DNA of 32,443 bases from assembly GCA_043780435.1 (NCBI GenBank), contig JAYWCQ010000061.1:1-32443 (forward strand). The letters run 5' to 3'. Below are positions 18,685 through 26,781 of the stretch, in pieces (within the stretch, counting starts at the first letter, position 1; every line of letters starts with the position of its first letter). Position numbers and translations under genes: made by a program. This stretch comes from Polaromonas sp. (lineage in GTDB: Bacteria; Pseudomonadota; Gammaproteobacteria; Burkholderiales; Burkholderiaceae_C). Under the pieces are notes generated by a model that did not search any database, was not told the origin of the DNA, and saw only the letters and a program-made list of their open reading frames with translations.

Positions 18685-19956
18685 CTAGACAACCCCAGAA
18701 ACGCGCAAAGCTTCAATGGCTTCAGCACTCAACCCCATCTCCCGCAACACCTCGTCCGTATGCTCCCCCAAACCCGGGGGTGCGCGTAGCAGCACAGGTG
18801 GGGTGGCGGTGAGGCGCAGAGGGCTAGCGACTGTTGATATATTTTTGATAGCAGTCTTGGTAGTAGATACGCCGGCTAGAGGCTGATTTACTGCCTGTTT
18901 TACCTCTAAATGCCGTGCTTTCACCTGCTCATCCGCAAACGCTTGCCCAATGTCGTTGATCGGGCCGCAGGGCACGGCTTTGTCTTCCAAAAGGGTGATC
19001 CACGCTGCCGTGGTGCGAGTGCGGGTGACGGTTTCCATAGCGGGAATCAGCTCGGCACGGTTGGTGTTTCGCCCGCCCATGGTGGCGAAGCGAGGGTCGG
19101 CAGACCATTCTGGCTTGCCGACGGCGTGGCAAAAGCGGGCAAATTGGCCGTCGTTGCCGATTGCCAGCAGCATCGCACCGTCTGCGGTGGGGAAATCTTG
19201 GTACGGCGCCAAGCTGGGGTGGCTGTTGCCCATGCGTTGGGGGACTTTGCCGGTGTTGAGAAACCCGCCTGCTTGGTTGGCCAAAATCGCCATGCCGACG
19301 TCTAGCAGCGCCATGTCGATGTGCTGCCCAGTTCCTGTGCGATGACGCACTTCCAGCGCGGCGAGGATGGCGGATGTGGCGTACACGCCGGTGAACACAT
19401 CGGTCAACGCCACACCCACACGCTGCGGGCCGCCGCCGGGCACGCTGTCGGGTTTGCCGGTGATGCTCATCATGCCGCTCATGGCCTGAATCATCAGGTC
19501 GTAACCGGCGCGTTTGGCATACGGGCCGTCTTGCCCGAAGCCGGTGATGGAACAATAAATCAAACGTGGGTTGAGGGCTTTGAGGCTGTCGTAATCCAGT
19601 CCATAGTGAGCCAAGCCGCCGACCTTGAAGTTTTCCACCAAAATGTCGCTGCTCAAGGCCATTTGGCGAATCAGCGCTTGACCCTCTAGCTTGGCGATGT
19701 CAATGGTGATGGAGCGTTTGTTGCGATTGCAGGCGGTGAAATACGCGGCTTGATCGGTGTCATTGCCCTCCGCATCCTTCAAAAACGGCGGCCCCCAGTG
19801 ACGGGTGTCGTCGCCTTCTTTGGGACGCTCGACTTTGACGACATCCGCGCCCAAGTCCGCCAGCATTTGGGTGCACCACGGACCGGCGAGGACGCGGGAT
19901 AAATCGAGCACTTTCAAGTGAGAAAGAGCGCCTTGAGGCATGGACGTTTCTGACAT
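18685..19956 (-). CDS. Family III (CaiB/BaiF) CoA-transferase, likely glutarate/glutaryl-CoA transferase (GcoT-like)
   Basis: Family N-terminus LKVLDLSRVLAGPWCTQMLADLGADVVKVERP is present. It lies immediately downstream of gcdH on the same strand, the arrangement known for glutarate catabolism in pseudomonads. Confidence 0.85.
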   Translation of the reverse strand: MSETSMPQGALSHLKVLDLSRVLAGPWCTQMLADLGADVVKVERPKEGDDTRHWGPPFLKDAEGNDTDQAAYFTACNRNKRSITIDIAKLEGQALIRQMALSSDILVENFKVGGLAHYGLDYDSLKALNPRLIYCSITGFGQDGPYAKRAGYDLMIQAMSGMMSITGKPDSVPGGGPQRVGVALTDVFTGVYATSAILAALEVRHRTGTGQHIDMALLDVGMAILANQAGGFLNTGKVPQRMGNSHPSLAPYQDFPTADGAMLLAIGNDGQFARFCHAVGKPEWSADPRFATMGGRNTNRAELIPAMETVTRTRTTAAWITLLEDKAVPCGPINDIGQAFADEQVKARHLEVKQAVNQPLAGVSTTKTAIKNISTVASPLRLTATPPVLLRAPPGLGEHTDEVLREMGLSAEAIEALRVSGVV

Positions 19957-19995
19957 TCGAGATTTCCTATGGAGATCAAAATAGATTTGTTTGAA

Positions 19996-20145
19996 CCGTT
20001 CGCGCTGAGCTTAATCGTTCGCGCTGAGCTTAACCGTTCGCGCTGAGGTATCGAAGCGTCCACTAGTGAGATTACCCTTCGATACCTCAGGGCGAACGGG
20101 GGGGGGGGCGGAAGGCGAACGGGGCGCGGAAGACGAACGGGGGAA
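19996..20145. repeat. REP-like repeat cluster: three direct CGTTCGCGCTGAG units, a 23-bp-arm hairpin, an 11-G run and two more GCGAACGGGG units
   Basis: - A 19-bp unit (C/T)CGTTCGCGCTGAGCTTAA occurs at 19996-20014 and 20015-20033.
- The third copy extends into arm 20034-20056, which pairs with 20077-20099 (22/23, loop 20 nt).
- G11 lies at 20098-20108.
- GGAAG(G/A)CGAACGGGG occurs at 20110-20124 and 20128-20143.
- The motif belongs to the widespread GTTCGCCCTGAG...CTCAGGGCGAACGG type of extragenic palindromes. Confidence 0.8.
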
Positions 20146-20175
20146 AGTTAAAAACTCACTGAGCCTAATCAATTG

Positions 20176-21381
20176 TCAATTCGAAAACGCCGAAATCCCC
20201 GTCTGCGCCCTGCCCAAAATCAGCGCATGGATGTCGTGCGTGCCTTCGTAGGTGTTCACCACTTCCAAGTTGACCAAATGCCGCGCCACGCCGAACTCGT
20301 CGCTGATGCCGTTACCGCCCATCATGTCACGCGCCAGACGGGCGATGTCCAGGGCTTTGCCGCAGGAATTGCGCTTGAGCAACGAGGTTAAATCTGGCGC
20401 TGCTGTGCCCTCTTCTTTCATGCGGCCCAAGCGCAGGCAGCCTTGCAGACCAAGCGCGATTTCGGTTTGCATATCGGCGAGTTTCTTTTGAATCAACTGG
20501 TTGGCGGCGAGCGGACGGCCGAATTGCTTGCGATCCATCACATACTGGCGGGCGCGAAACCAGCAGTCTTCTGCCGCACCCAACGCGCCCCAGGCGATGC
20601 CGTAGCGGGCAGAGTTCAGGCAGGTGAACGGGCCTTTGAGGCCCTGCACTTCAGGAAAAGCGTTTTCTTCAGGGCAAAAAACGCCGTCCATGACGATTTC
20701 GCCCGTGACAGATGCGCGTAAGCCAACTTTGCCGTGGATGGCGGGGGCGGACAAACCTTTCATGCCTTTTTCCAGCACAAACCCTCGAATGGGCCCGACG
20801 CTGCCAGATTCACTCACTTCTTTCGCCCAAACGACGAACACATCGGCCATCGGGCTGTTGGAAATCCACATTTTTGCGCCGCTGAGCTTGTAGCCGCCAG
20901 CGACTTTTTGTGCGCGGGTGACCATGGAGCTGGGGTCAGAGCCGTGGTCGGGCTCGGTCAGGCCGAAGCAGCCAATCCATTCGCCCGTCGCCAGTTTGGG
21001 CAGGTATTTTTGGCGCTGCGCCTCGGTGCCGAATTCAAAAATCGGCACCATGACGAGGGAACTTTGCACGCTCATCATCGAGCGGTAGCCAGAATCGACC
21101 CGTTCCACTTCGCGGGCAATCACGCCATAGGCCACGTAATTCAAGCCCGGGCCGCCGTATTGCTCAGGAATCGTGGGGCCCAGCAAGCCGAGTTCACCCA
21201 TTTCGCGGAAGATGGCGGGGTCGGTTGTGCCGTCGCGGAACGCCAGCGTCACGCGGGGCAGCAGTTTGTCTTGGCAGTAGGCGGCCGCCGCTTCTTTGAC
21301 CATGCGTTCGTCGGAGGTGAGCTGTTGGTCGAGCAGGAAGGGGTCTTGCCAGTTGAAAGTTGCTTTATGAGTAGATGCCAT
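20176..21381 (-). CDS. gcdH: Glutaryl-CoA dehydrogenase
   Basis: Acyl-CoA dehydrogenase fold with the GcdH-type N-terminus [19 protein letters not shown] and a C-terminal YEGT.DIH.LILGR.TG. ATG at 21381 is preceded by AAGGAG with a 6 nt spacer. The ORF-track start at 21417 adds 12 residues with no support. Confidence 0.93.
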   Translation of the reverse strand: MASTHKATFNWQDPFLLDQQLTSDERMVKEAAAAYCQDKLLPRVTLAFRDGTTDPAIFREMGELGLLGPTIPEQYGGPGLNYVAYGVIAREVERVDSGYRSMMSVQSSLVMVPIFEFGTEAQRQKYLPKLATGEWIGCFGLTEPDHGSDPSSMVTRAQKVAGGYKLSGAKMWISNSPMADVFVVWAKEVSESGSVGPIRGFVLEKGMKGLSAPAIHGKVGLRASVTGEIVMDGVFCPEENAFPEVQGLKGPFTCLNSARYGIAWGALGAAEDCWFRARQYVMDRKQFGRPLAANQLIQKKLADMQTEIALGLQGCLRLGRMKEEGTAAPDLTSLLKRNSCGKALDIARLARDMMGGNGISDEFGVARHLVNLEVVNTYEGTHDIHALILGRAQTGISAFSN

Positions 21382-21555
21382 GAATATCTCCTTTGAATTG
21401 ACTGAATTGTGCTGCAATAGATGTCATCGTAGCGGTTATATTTGCTCTGTGCAAACGACTTTTACGCACTTAGTTATGATATCTAATCATTTATTAAATT
21501 TTCAAATATCACAAATTAATGACCTAAATTGGAACTTAGCTGTCGTATTTATTGA

Positions 21556-21570
21556 TTAATAAGCTATTAA
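21556..21570. promoter_or_regulatory. Candidate LysR-type operator palindrome in the gcdH / regulator divergent region
   Basis: TTAATA-AGC-TATTAA is a perfect 6-bp inverted repeat with a T-N11-A type architecture. It lies inside a roughly 200 bp AT-rich intergenic region. Confidence 0.3.
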
Positions 21571-21625
21571 ATATATAGCATTTTTTACTTGCATTTTTGG
21601 TATGATTGTGTATATTACGCACAAC

Positions 21626-22543
21626 ATGCGTAGAAAAATCCCATCACTTCAAGCTTTGGCGTGCTTTGACGCCGCCGCCCGCCACGAAAGCTACACCCGC
21701 GCGGCGCAGGAATTGGCGTTGACGCAGGGGGCGGTGTCGCGGCAGATCACGGCGCTGGAGGAGTTTTTGGGCATGGATTTGTTCCGCCGCACCCGCCACG
21801 GCGTCGTGCTGACCGAGCGCGGCGCGGCGTATGCCAAACAAGTGGCGCCCCGGCTGCAGGGTTTGGAGCAGGACACGCTGGACGCCATGTCCACCCAAGG
21901 CAAAGGCAGCGCCGTGCATTTGGCGGCAGTGCCCACGTTTGCGACCCGCTGGCTGATACCGCGTTTGCCCGGTTTGGCAGCGCAGCACCCTGACATCACC
22001 ATCCACATCGAAACCCGCACCCGCCCCTTCATGTTTGGCGAAACCCCGTTTGACGCCGCTTTGTACGCCGGTACGCCCGAACAGGTGCGCAACTGGGCGG
22101 GGACGAAGGCGACGCTGCTGCTGATGGAAGAAGTTGTGCCCGTTTGCAGCCCTGCGTTAATGAAAAACGCTGCAGAATTGACCCCCGAAGCCATCGCCCT
22201 GCTCCCGCTTTTGCAGCAAAGCACCCGCGCAGAAGGCTGGCGGCAGTGGTTTGAGGCGCAGGGTGTGGACGCGCCGCTGGCATTGGCGGGGTCGCGTTAT
22301 GAGCTTTTCTCCATGACGGCAGCCGCTGCCACGCAGGGCATGGGCGTGGCGCTGGTGCCGCGTTTGCTGATTGAAACCGAGCTGGCGCGAGGCGAGCTGG
22401 TCATCGCCTGCAACCGACCGCTGCGAGGTGAGCGCGGGTATTACATCGTGACGCCAGAGCGGACAGATGAATCTGTCACTCTTACAGCATTTGTCACATG
22501 GCTTGTCACTTTGCCGACCAATCAAAAACCGACTTTGCTTTAA
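21626..22543 (+). CDS. LysR-family transcriptional regulator (GcdR-like, divergent from gcdH)
   Basis: N-terminal wHTH LQALACFDAAARHESYTRAAQELALTQGAVSRQI is present. ATG at 21626 (MRRKIPSLQAL) is preferred over 21602, which lies in the AT-rich promoter region. Confidence 0.85.
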   Translation: MRRKIPSLQALACFDAAARHESYTRAAQELALTQGAVSRQITALEEFLGMDLFRRTRHGVVLTERGAAYAKQVAPRLQGLEQDTLDAMSTQGKGSAVHLAAVPTFATRWLIPRLPGLAAQHPDITIHIETRTRPFMFGETPFDAALYAGTPEQVRNWAGTKATLLLMEEVVPVCSPALMKNAAELTPEAIALLPLLQQSTRAEGWRQWFEAQGVDAPLALAGSRYELFSMTAAAATQGMGVALVPRLLIETELARGELVIACNRPLRGERGYYIVTPERTDESVTLTAFVTWLVTLPTNQKPTLL

Positions 22544-22552
22544 GATAGTGGA

Positions 22553-24043
22553 ATGGACATGAAAACTTCTCGCCTCGCCTCGCCTCTCAATTTACTCAAC
22601 GACCTTAGCTTGCTGAAAACCGACGCCCTGATCAACGGCGAATGGGTTACAAGCGCGGCTAGATTTGACGTCAATGACCCCGCCACAGGGTTAAAACTAG
22701 CCACAGTCAGCAATTTATCTGCATCAGACGCTACCAAAGCGATAGCAGTTGCTGCGGCTTCTTTAAAAATATGGCGCTTAAAAACCGGCAAAGAACGCCA
22801 CGGCATTTTGCTGAAATGGTTTCAACTCATCATGACGAATCAAGACGATATTGCCCGCATTTTGACGGCGGAACAAGGCAAACCGTATGCCGAGGCCAAA
22901 GGCGAAGTCGCCTACGGGGCTAGCTTTGTGGAATGGTTTGCTGAAGAAGCTAAACGCGTGAATGGCGAGGTGTTGCCACAGTTCGACAACAACCGCCGCC
23001 TGATGGTGATGAAGCAGCCGATTGGCGTGTGCGCGGCCATCACGCCATGGAACTTCCCTATCGCCATGATCACCCGCAAGGTCGCACCGGCGTTGGCGGC
23101 GGGTTGCACCGTCGTCATCAAACCGGCGGAATTGACACCGCTGACGGCACTGGCGGTGGCCGAACTGGCCATGCGCGCTGGCATTCCGGCGGGGGTGCTG
23201 AATGTGCTGACGGCGGATGAGAAAAACTCCATCGCCATTGGCAAAGTGTTCTGCGCCAGCCCCATCGTCAGCCACATCAGCTTCACCGGCTCGACCGAAG
23301 TGGGTCGCATTTTGATGGCGCAAAGCGCGCCTACGGTGAAAAAATTGTCGCTGGAACTGGGTGGCAACGCGCCATTCATCGTGTTTGACGATGCCGATAT
23401 CGACTCCGCCGTCGAAGGCGCGATGGCCAGCAAATACCGCAACGCCGGGCAAACCTGCGTTTGCGCGAACCGCCTTTACGTGCAAAACGGCGTGTACGAC
23501 GCGTTTGTGAGCAAGTTTGCCGCCAAAGTGAAAGCCCTCAAAGTCGGCAACGGCTTTGAAGACGGCGTGGTGCAGGGTCCGCTGATTGAGCCTGCTGCGC
23601 TGGACAAAGTGCAACGGCATATTGACGACGCAATTGCCAAAGGCGGCAAACTGATCACCGGTGGCAACAAGCTGCAAGGCCAGTTTTTTGAACCGACCGT
23701 GATTAGCGATGCCACAGCCAACATGTTGTGCTCGACCGAAGAAACCTTTGGCCCCTTAGCGCCGATTTACCGTTTCACCACCGACCAGGAAGCCATTGAC
23801 GCTGCGAATAACACCGAGTTTGGTCTGGCCAGCTACTTCTACAGCCGCGATATAGGCCGCATCTTCCGCGTGGCCGAGGCGCTGGAATATGGCATGGTGG
23901 GCATCAACGCTGGCGTGATCGCCACGGAGCACGTACCATTCGGGGGGGTCAAACAATCTGGCCTGGGGCGCGAAGGCTCACGTCACGGGATGGACGAGTA
24001 CCTAGAAATGAAATATTTATGCATGGGAGACATTCAAAAATGA
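22553..24043 (+). CDS. gabD: NAD(P)+-dependent succinate-/glutarate-semialdehyde dehydrogenase
   Basis: Aldehyde dehydrogenase superfamily with GabD-like ALINGEWV, FTGST.VG, the catalytic ELGGNAP and GQTCVCANR. The start is only 9 nt after the regulator stop. The context suggests a DavD-type role. Confidence 0.9.
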   Translation: MDMKTSRLASPLNLLNDLSLLKTDALINGEWVTSAARFDVNDPATGLKLATVSNLSASDATKAIAVAAASLKIWRLKTGKERHGILLKWFQLIMTNQDDIARILTAEQGKPYAEAKGEVAYGASFVEWFAEEAKRVNGEVLPQFDNNRRLMVMKQPIGVCAAITPWNFPIAMITRKVAPALAAGCTVVIKPAELTPLTALAVAELAMRAGIPAGVLNVLTADEKNSIAIGKVFCASPIVSHISFTGSTEVGRILMAQSAPTVKKLSLELGGNAPFIVFDDADIDSAVEGAMASKYRNAGQTCVCANRLYVQNGVYDAFVSKFAAKVKALKVGNGFEDGVVQGPLIEPAALDKVQRHIDDAIAKGGKLITGGNKLQGQFFEPTVISDATANMLCSTEETFGPLAPIYRFTTDQEAIDAANNTEFGLASYFYSRDIGRIFRVAEALEYGMVGINAGVIATEHVPFGGVKQSGLGREGSRHGMDEYLEMKYLCMGDIQK

Positions 24044-24474
24044 ATCGAAAAACTTTTATCCAGAGCGCTGCGTTGGCTCTTATCCTCAGCACAACCAGCC
24101 TAGCCGCTTTGGCGCAAACGGCAGCACCTTCCAAGTCGAAAGTGGTCTTCCAAGTCAGCGACGCTGACGCTGGCAAGTGGAATTTGGCACTCAACAACGC
24201 CAAAAACGTGCAGCAAGAGCTGGGTGCCGACAAAGTGGAGATCGAAATCGTGGCTTACGGCCCGGGCATTGGCATGCTGAAAGCCGATGCACCCACCAAC
24301 AGCCGCGTGCTGGAAGCCACAAAATCTGGCATCAAAGTGGTGGCCTGCGAAAACACCATGACAGTTCAAAAACTCACCAAAGCGGACATGAACACCGTCA
24401 TCAGCTACGTGCCGGCTGGCGTGGTGGAATTGATGCGTTTGCACAGTGAAGGCTGGGCTTATATCAGGCCATAA
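24040..24474 (+). CDS. DsrE/DsrF-like (COG1416-type) protein with an N-terminal Sec signal peptide
   Basis: MNRKTFIQSAALALILSTTSLAALAQ looks like a signal peptide. The family pattern VVACENTM ... VPAGVVELMRLHSEGWAYIRP is present at the C-terminus. ATG at 24040 overlaps the gabD TGA (ATGA), and GGGAGA lies 9 nt upstream. Confidence 0.8.
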   Translation: MNRKTFIQSAALALILSTTSLAALAQTAAPSKSKVVFQVSDADAGKWNLALNNAKNVQQELGADKVEIEIVAYGPGIGMLKADAPTNSRVLEATKSGIKVVACENTMTVQKLTKADMNTVISYVPAGVVELMRLHSEGWAYIRP

Positions 24475-24485
24475 TTGAATCTTGC

Positions 24486-24559
24486 GCGGGTGTCGTTCAG
24501 TGGTAGGACTTTTGCTTCCCAAGCAAATAACGAGGGTTCGATTCCCTTCACCCGCTCCA
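24486..24559 (+). tRNA. tRNA-Gly (anticodon CCC), CCA encoded
   Basis: The cloverleaf was folded by hand:
- acceptor GCGGGTG/CACCCGC;
- anticodon stem TTTGC/GCAAA with loop TTCCCAA;
- T arm GAGGG-TTCGATT-CCCTT;
- discriminator U.
The 3' half is nearly identical to E. coli glyU as I recall it. Confidence 0.92.
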
Positions 24560-24561
24560 AG

Positions 24562-24963
24562 ATGAAACTAACACCCCAACCACGTCCCAGCACACTTGCT
24601 TACCTGTGGGGCGCACCTGTGACGCTATTTGGACTGTTTTTGGCGCTCATTGCTTGCTGGCTGGGTGCATCGGTGAAACGGCGGCATGGGGTACTGGAAG
24701 TCGCGGGCAACACCCGCACACCCATCCTACGCAGCATTTCAAGTCGTTTTGAAGCCATCACCCTAGGTCATGTTATTTTGGGGCGTAACCACGGCACGCT
24801 AAGTCGCTACCGTAGCCACGAGCATGTGCACGTGCGGCAATACGAACGCTGGGGGCTGCTGTTTCCTGTTTTATACGTGTTGGCGAGTTTCAAAGCGCTA
24901 CTGACGGGTAAGCGGTTTTACTGGGACAATGTGTTTGAGCTTGAGGCACGAAACAAGTCTTAA
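24562..24963 (+). CDS. Small (133 aa) two-helix membrane protein with an HExxH motif, uncharacterised family
   Basis: It has an N-terminal TM helix ([25 protein letters not shown]), ITLGHVILG...[14 protein letters not shown], and a second hydrophobic helix. 24562 is the only in-frame ATG that is not inside the tRNA. The ORF-track N-terminus (24475-24561) overlaps tRNA-Gly and is rejected. Confidence 0.65.
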   Translation: MKLTPQPRPSTLAYLWGAPVTLFGLFLALIACWLGASVKRRHGVLEVAGNTRTPILRSISSRFEAITLGHVILGRNHGTLSRYRSHEHVHVRQYERWGLLFPVLYVLASFKALLTGKRFYWDNVFELEARNKS

Positions 24964-24974
24964 AAGGAACGTTT

Positions 24975-26066
24975 ATGGCAGATTTATTTGACAACCCCAT
25001 GGGACTGATGGGTTTTGAGTTCGTTGAATTCGCTTCCCCCACTGCCGGCTTGCTAGAGCCAATTTTTGAACGAATGGGTTTTACGCTTGTCGCCAAACAC
25101 CGCTCTAAAGACGTGGTGTTGTACCGCCAAGGCGAGATCAATTTCATTGTTAACCGCGAACCCAAAAGCGTGGCGGGCTACTTCGCGGCTGAGCACGGCC
25201 CCAGCGCCTGCGGCATGGCGTTTCGTGTCAAAGATTCGCACCACGCTCATAAACGCGCTTTGGAGCTGGGCGCGCAACCGATTGAGTTGCACCCAGGGCC
25301 GATGGAGCTGAACCTGCCCGCTATCAAAGGCATTGGCGGTGCGCCGTTGTATTTGATTGATCGTTATGAAGACGGCAAATCAATTTACGACATTGATTTT
25401 GATTTCATTGAGGGCGTGGACAAGCACCCATTCGGCCACGGCCTGAAGCTGATCGACCATTTGACGCACAACGTCTACCGCGGCAGGATGACATTTTGGG
25501 CGGATTTTTATACCAAGCTTTTCAACTTTCGTGAGATCCGCTTTTTCGATATCAAGGGTGAATACACAGGTTTGACCTCAAAAGCTTTAACAGCACCAGA
25601 CGGCAAAATCCGCATCCCGCTGAATGAAGAGTCGCGACAAGGCGGTGGGCAAATCGAAGAGTATTTGATGAAGTTCAACGGCGAAGGCATTCAGCACATT
25701 GCCATGATTTGCGACGACTTACTCGCCACGGTGGACAGCTTGGCATTGGCCGGTGTGCCATTGATGAGCGCGCCCAGCGACAGCTATTACGACATGCTGG
25801 ATGGCCGTTTGCCTGGGCATGGACAACCCGTTGCTGAGCTGCAAACGCGCGGCATTTTAATGGATGGCACGACGGAGGGTGGCGTGCCGAGACTGCTGCT
25901 GCAAATCTTCTCGCAAACCCAGCTTGGCCCGGTGTTTTTTGAGTTTATCCAGCGCAAAGGCGATGAGGGCTTTGGAGAAGGTAATTTCAAAGCTTTGTTT
26001 GAATCGCTGGAGCGCGATCAAATCAAACGCGGTGCGCTTGATTTAGATACGAGTTCTGAAAAATAA
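24975..26066 (+). CDS. hppD: 4-hydroxyphenylpyruvate dioxygenase
   Basis: Classic HPPD N-terminus [16 protein letters not shown] and C-terminal [28 protein letters not shown] lies 6 nt before the ATG. Confidence 0.95.
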   Translation: MADLFDNPMGLMGFEFVEFASPTAGLLEPIFERMGFTLVAKHRSKDVVLYRQGEINFIVNREPKSVAGYFAAEHGPSACGMAFRVKDSHHAHKRALELGAQPIELHPGPMELNLPAIKGIGGAPLYLIDRYEDGKSIYDIDFDFIEGVDKHPFGHGLKLIDHLTHNVYRGRMTFWADFYTKLFNFREIRFFDIKGEYTGLTSKALTAPDGKIRIPLNEESRQGGGQIEEYLMKFNGEGIQHIAMICDDLLATVDSLALAGVPLMSAPSDSYYDMLDGRLPGHGQPVAELQTRGILMDGTTEGGVPRLLLQIFSQTQLGPVFFEFIQRKGDEGFGEGNFKALFESLERDQIKRGALDLDTSSEK

Positions 26067-26122
26067 TTGCTATAAAATAAGTAGCTACTTAGGCAATAAA
26101 TACGCCGACTAGAGGTGTATTT
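26067..26122. repeat. Short dispersed intergenic repeat, copy B
   Basis: TTGCTATA-N13-CTTAGGCAATAAATACGCC-GACTAGA (26067-26113) matches copy A. AAATACGCC (26098-26106) pairs with GGTGTATTT (26114-22), giving a 9 bp stem with one G-T and a 7 nt loop. It lies between the convergent hppD and scoB. Confidence 0.7.
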
Positions 26123-26140
26123 ACAGCCTATAAAAGTAAT

Positions 26141-26779
26141 TTAAATTAGCTTGACGCCGGTTTTAGATTGCAGCTCTTCCAGCGTCACGCCATCAGCGAG
26201 TTCAACTACTTTGAGGCCTGCATCCGTCACATCCATCACCGCCAAGTCGGTGATGATGCGGTCGACAACGCCCAAGCCTGTCAACGGCAAGGTGCAGCTT
26301 GGCAGTATCTTCAAATCAACCGTTCCGTCTTTCTTTTTCGCGACGTGCTCCATCAGTACGATCACGCGCTTGACGCCAGCGACCAGATCCATCGCACCGC
26401 CCATGCCTTTGATCATCTTGCCGGGAATCATCCAATTCGCCAGATCACCCTTCTCGCTGACCTGCATCGCGCCCAAAATGCTGAGGTTGATTTTCCCGCC
26501 GCGAATCATGGCGAAGCTTTCGTGGCTGCCAAAAATGGATGAGCCTTTGATGGTGGTCACCGTTTGTTTACCGGCGTTGATCAAGTCTGCATCGACCTGA
26601 TCTTCCGTCGGAAAAGCACCAATGCCCATCATGCCGTTTTCTGACTGCAGCCACACTTCAATGTCTTTGGGGACAAAGTTTGCCACCAGCGTTGGGATAC
26701 CAATGCCCAAGTTGACATAAAAACCGTCTTGCAATTCTTGCGCGGCACGCGCCGCCATTTGATCTTGTGTCCAAGCCAT
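26141..26779 (-). CDS. scoB: 3-oxoacid (succinyl-CoA:acetoacetate) CoA-transferase subunit B
   Basis: 212 aa with [10 protein letters not shown] and the active-site SENG motif. It starts 2 nt after the subunit A stop. Confidence 0.92.
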   Translation of the reverse strand: MAWTQDQMAARAAQELQDGFYVNLGIGIPTLVANFVPKDIEVWLQSENGMMGIGAFPTEDQVDADLINAGKQTVTTIKGSSIFGSHESFAMIRGGKINLSILGAMQVSEKGDLANWMIPGKMIKGMGGAMDLVAGVKRVIVLMEHVAKKKDGTVDLKILPSCTLPLTGLGVVDRIITDLAVMDVTDAGLKVVELADGVTLEELQSKTGVKLI

Positions 26780-26781
26780 GA

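Noticed and set aside
19996-20145. Possible CRISPR array or other spacer-repeat structure.
   Set aside because: There are only 2-3 short units, directly abutting or complementary to each other with no unique spacers. No cas genes lie nearby. The structure fits a REP/palindromic element instead.
20066-20251. A 61-aa ORF (MRLPFDTSGRTGGGAEGERG...) in the gcdH / CoA-transferase spacer.
   Set aside because: It is the translation of the REP-like palindrome and the G-run. This kind of peptide is a known artefact of the repeat type, and it also overlaps the gcdH 3' end.
22778-23677. A 299-aa ORF antisense to gabD. Similar long antisense or alternative-frame ORFs occur at 20734-21396 (opposite gcdH), 15148-15843 (opposite alaS), 18929-19555 (alternative frame of the CoA-transferase) and 21691-22224 (opposite the LysR gene).
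   Set aside because: All lie entirely within well-supported genes and have Arg/His/Ala/Gly-rich low-complexity translations typical of stop-poor frames in GC-rich DNA. No motifs were recognised.
24475-24561. The N-terminal 29 codons of ORF 24475-24963.
   Set aside because: This stretch is the tRNA-Gly gene read as protein. The credible CDS starts at ATG 24562.
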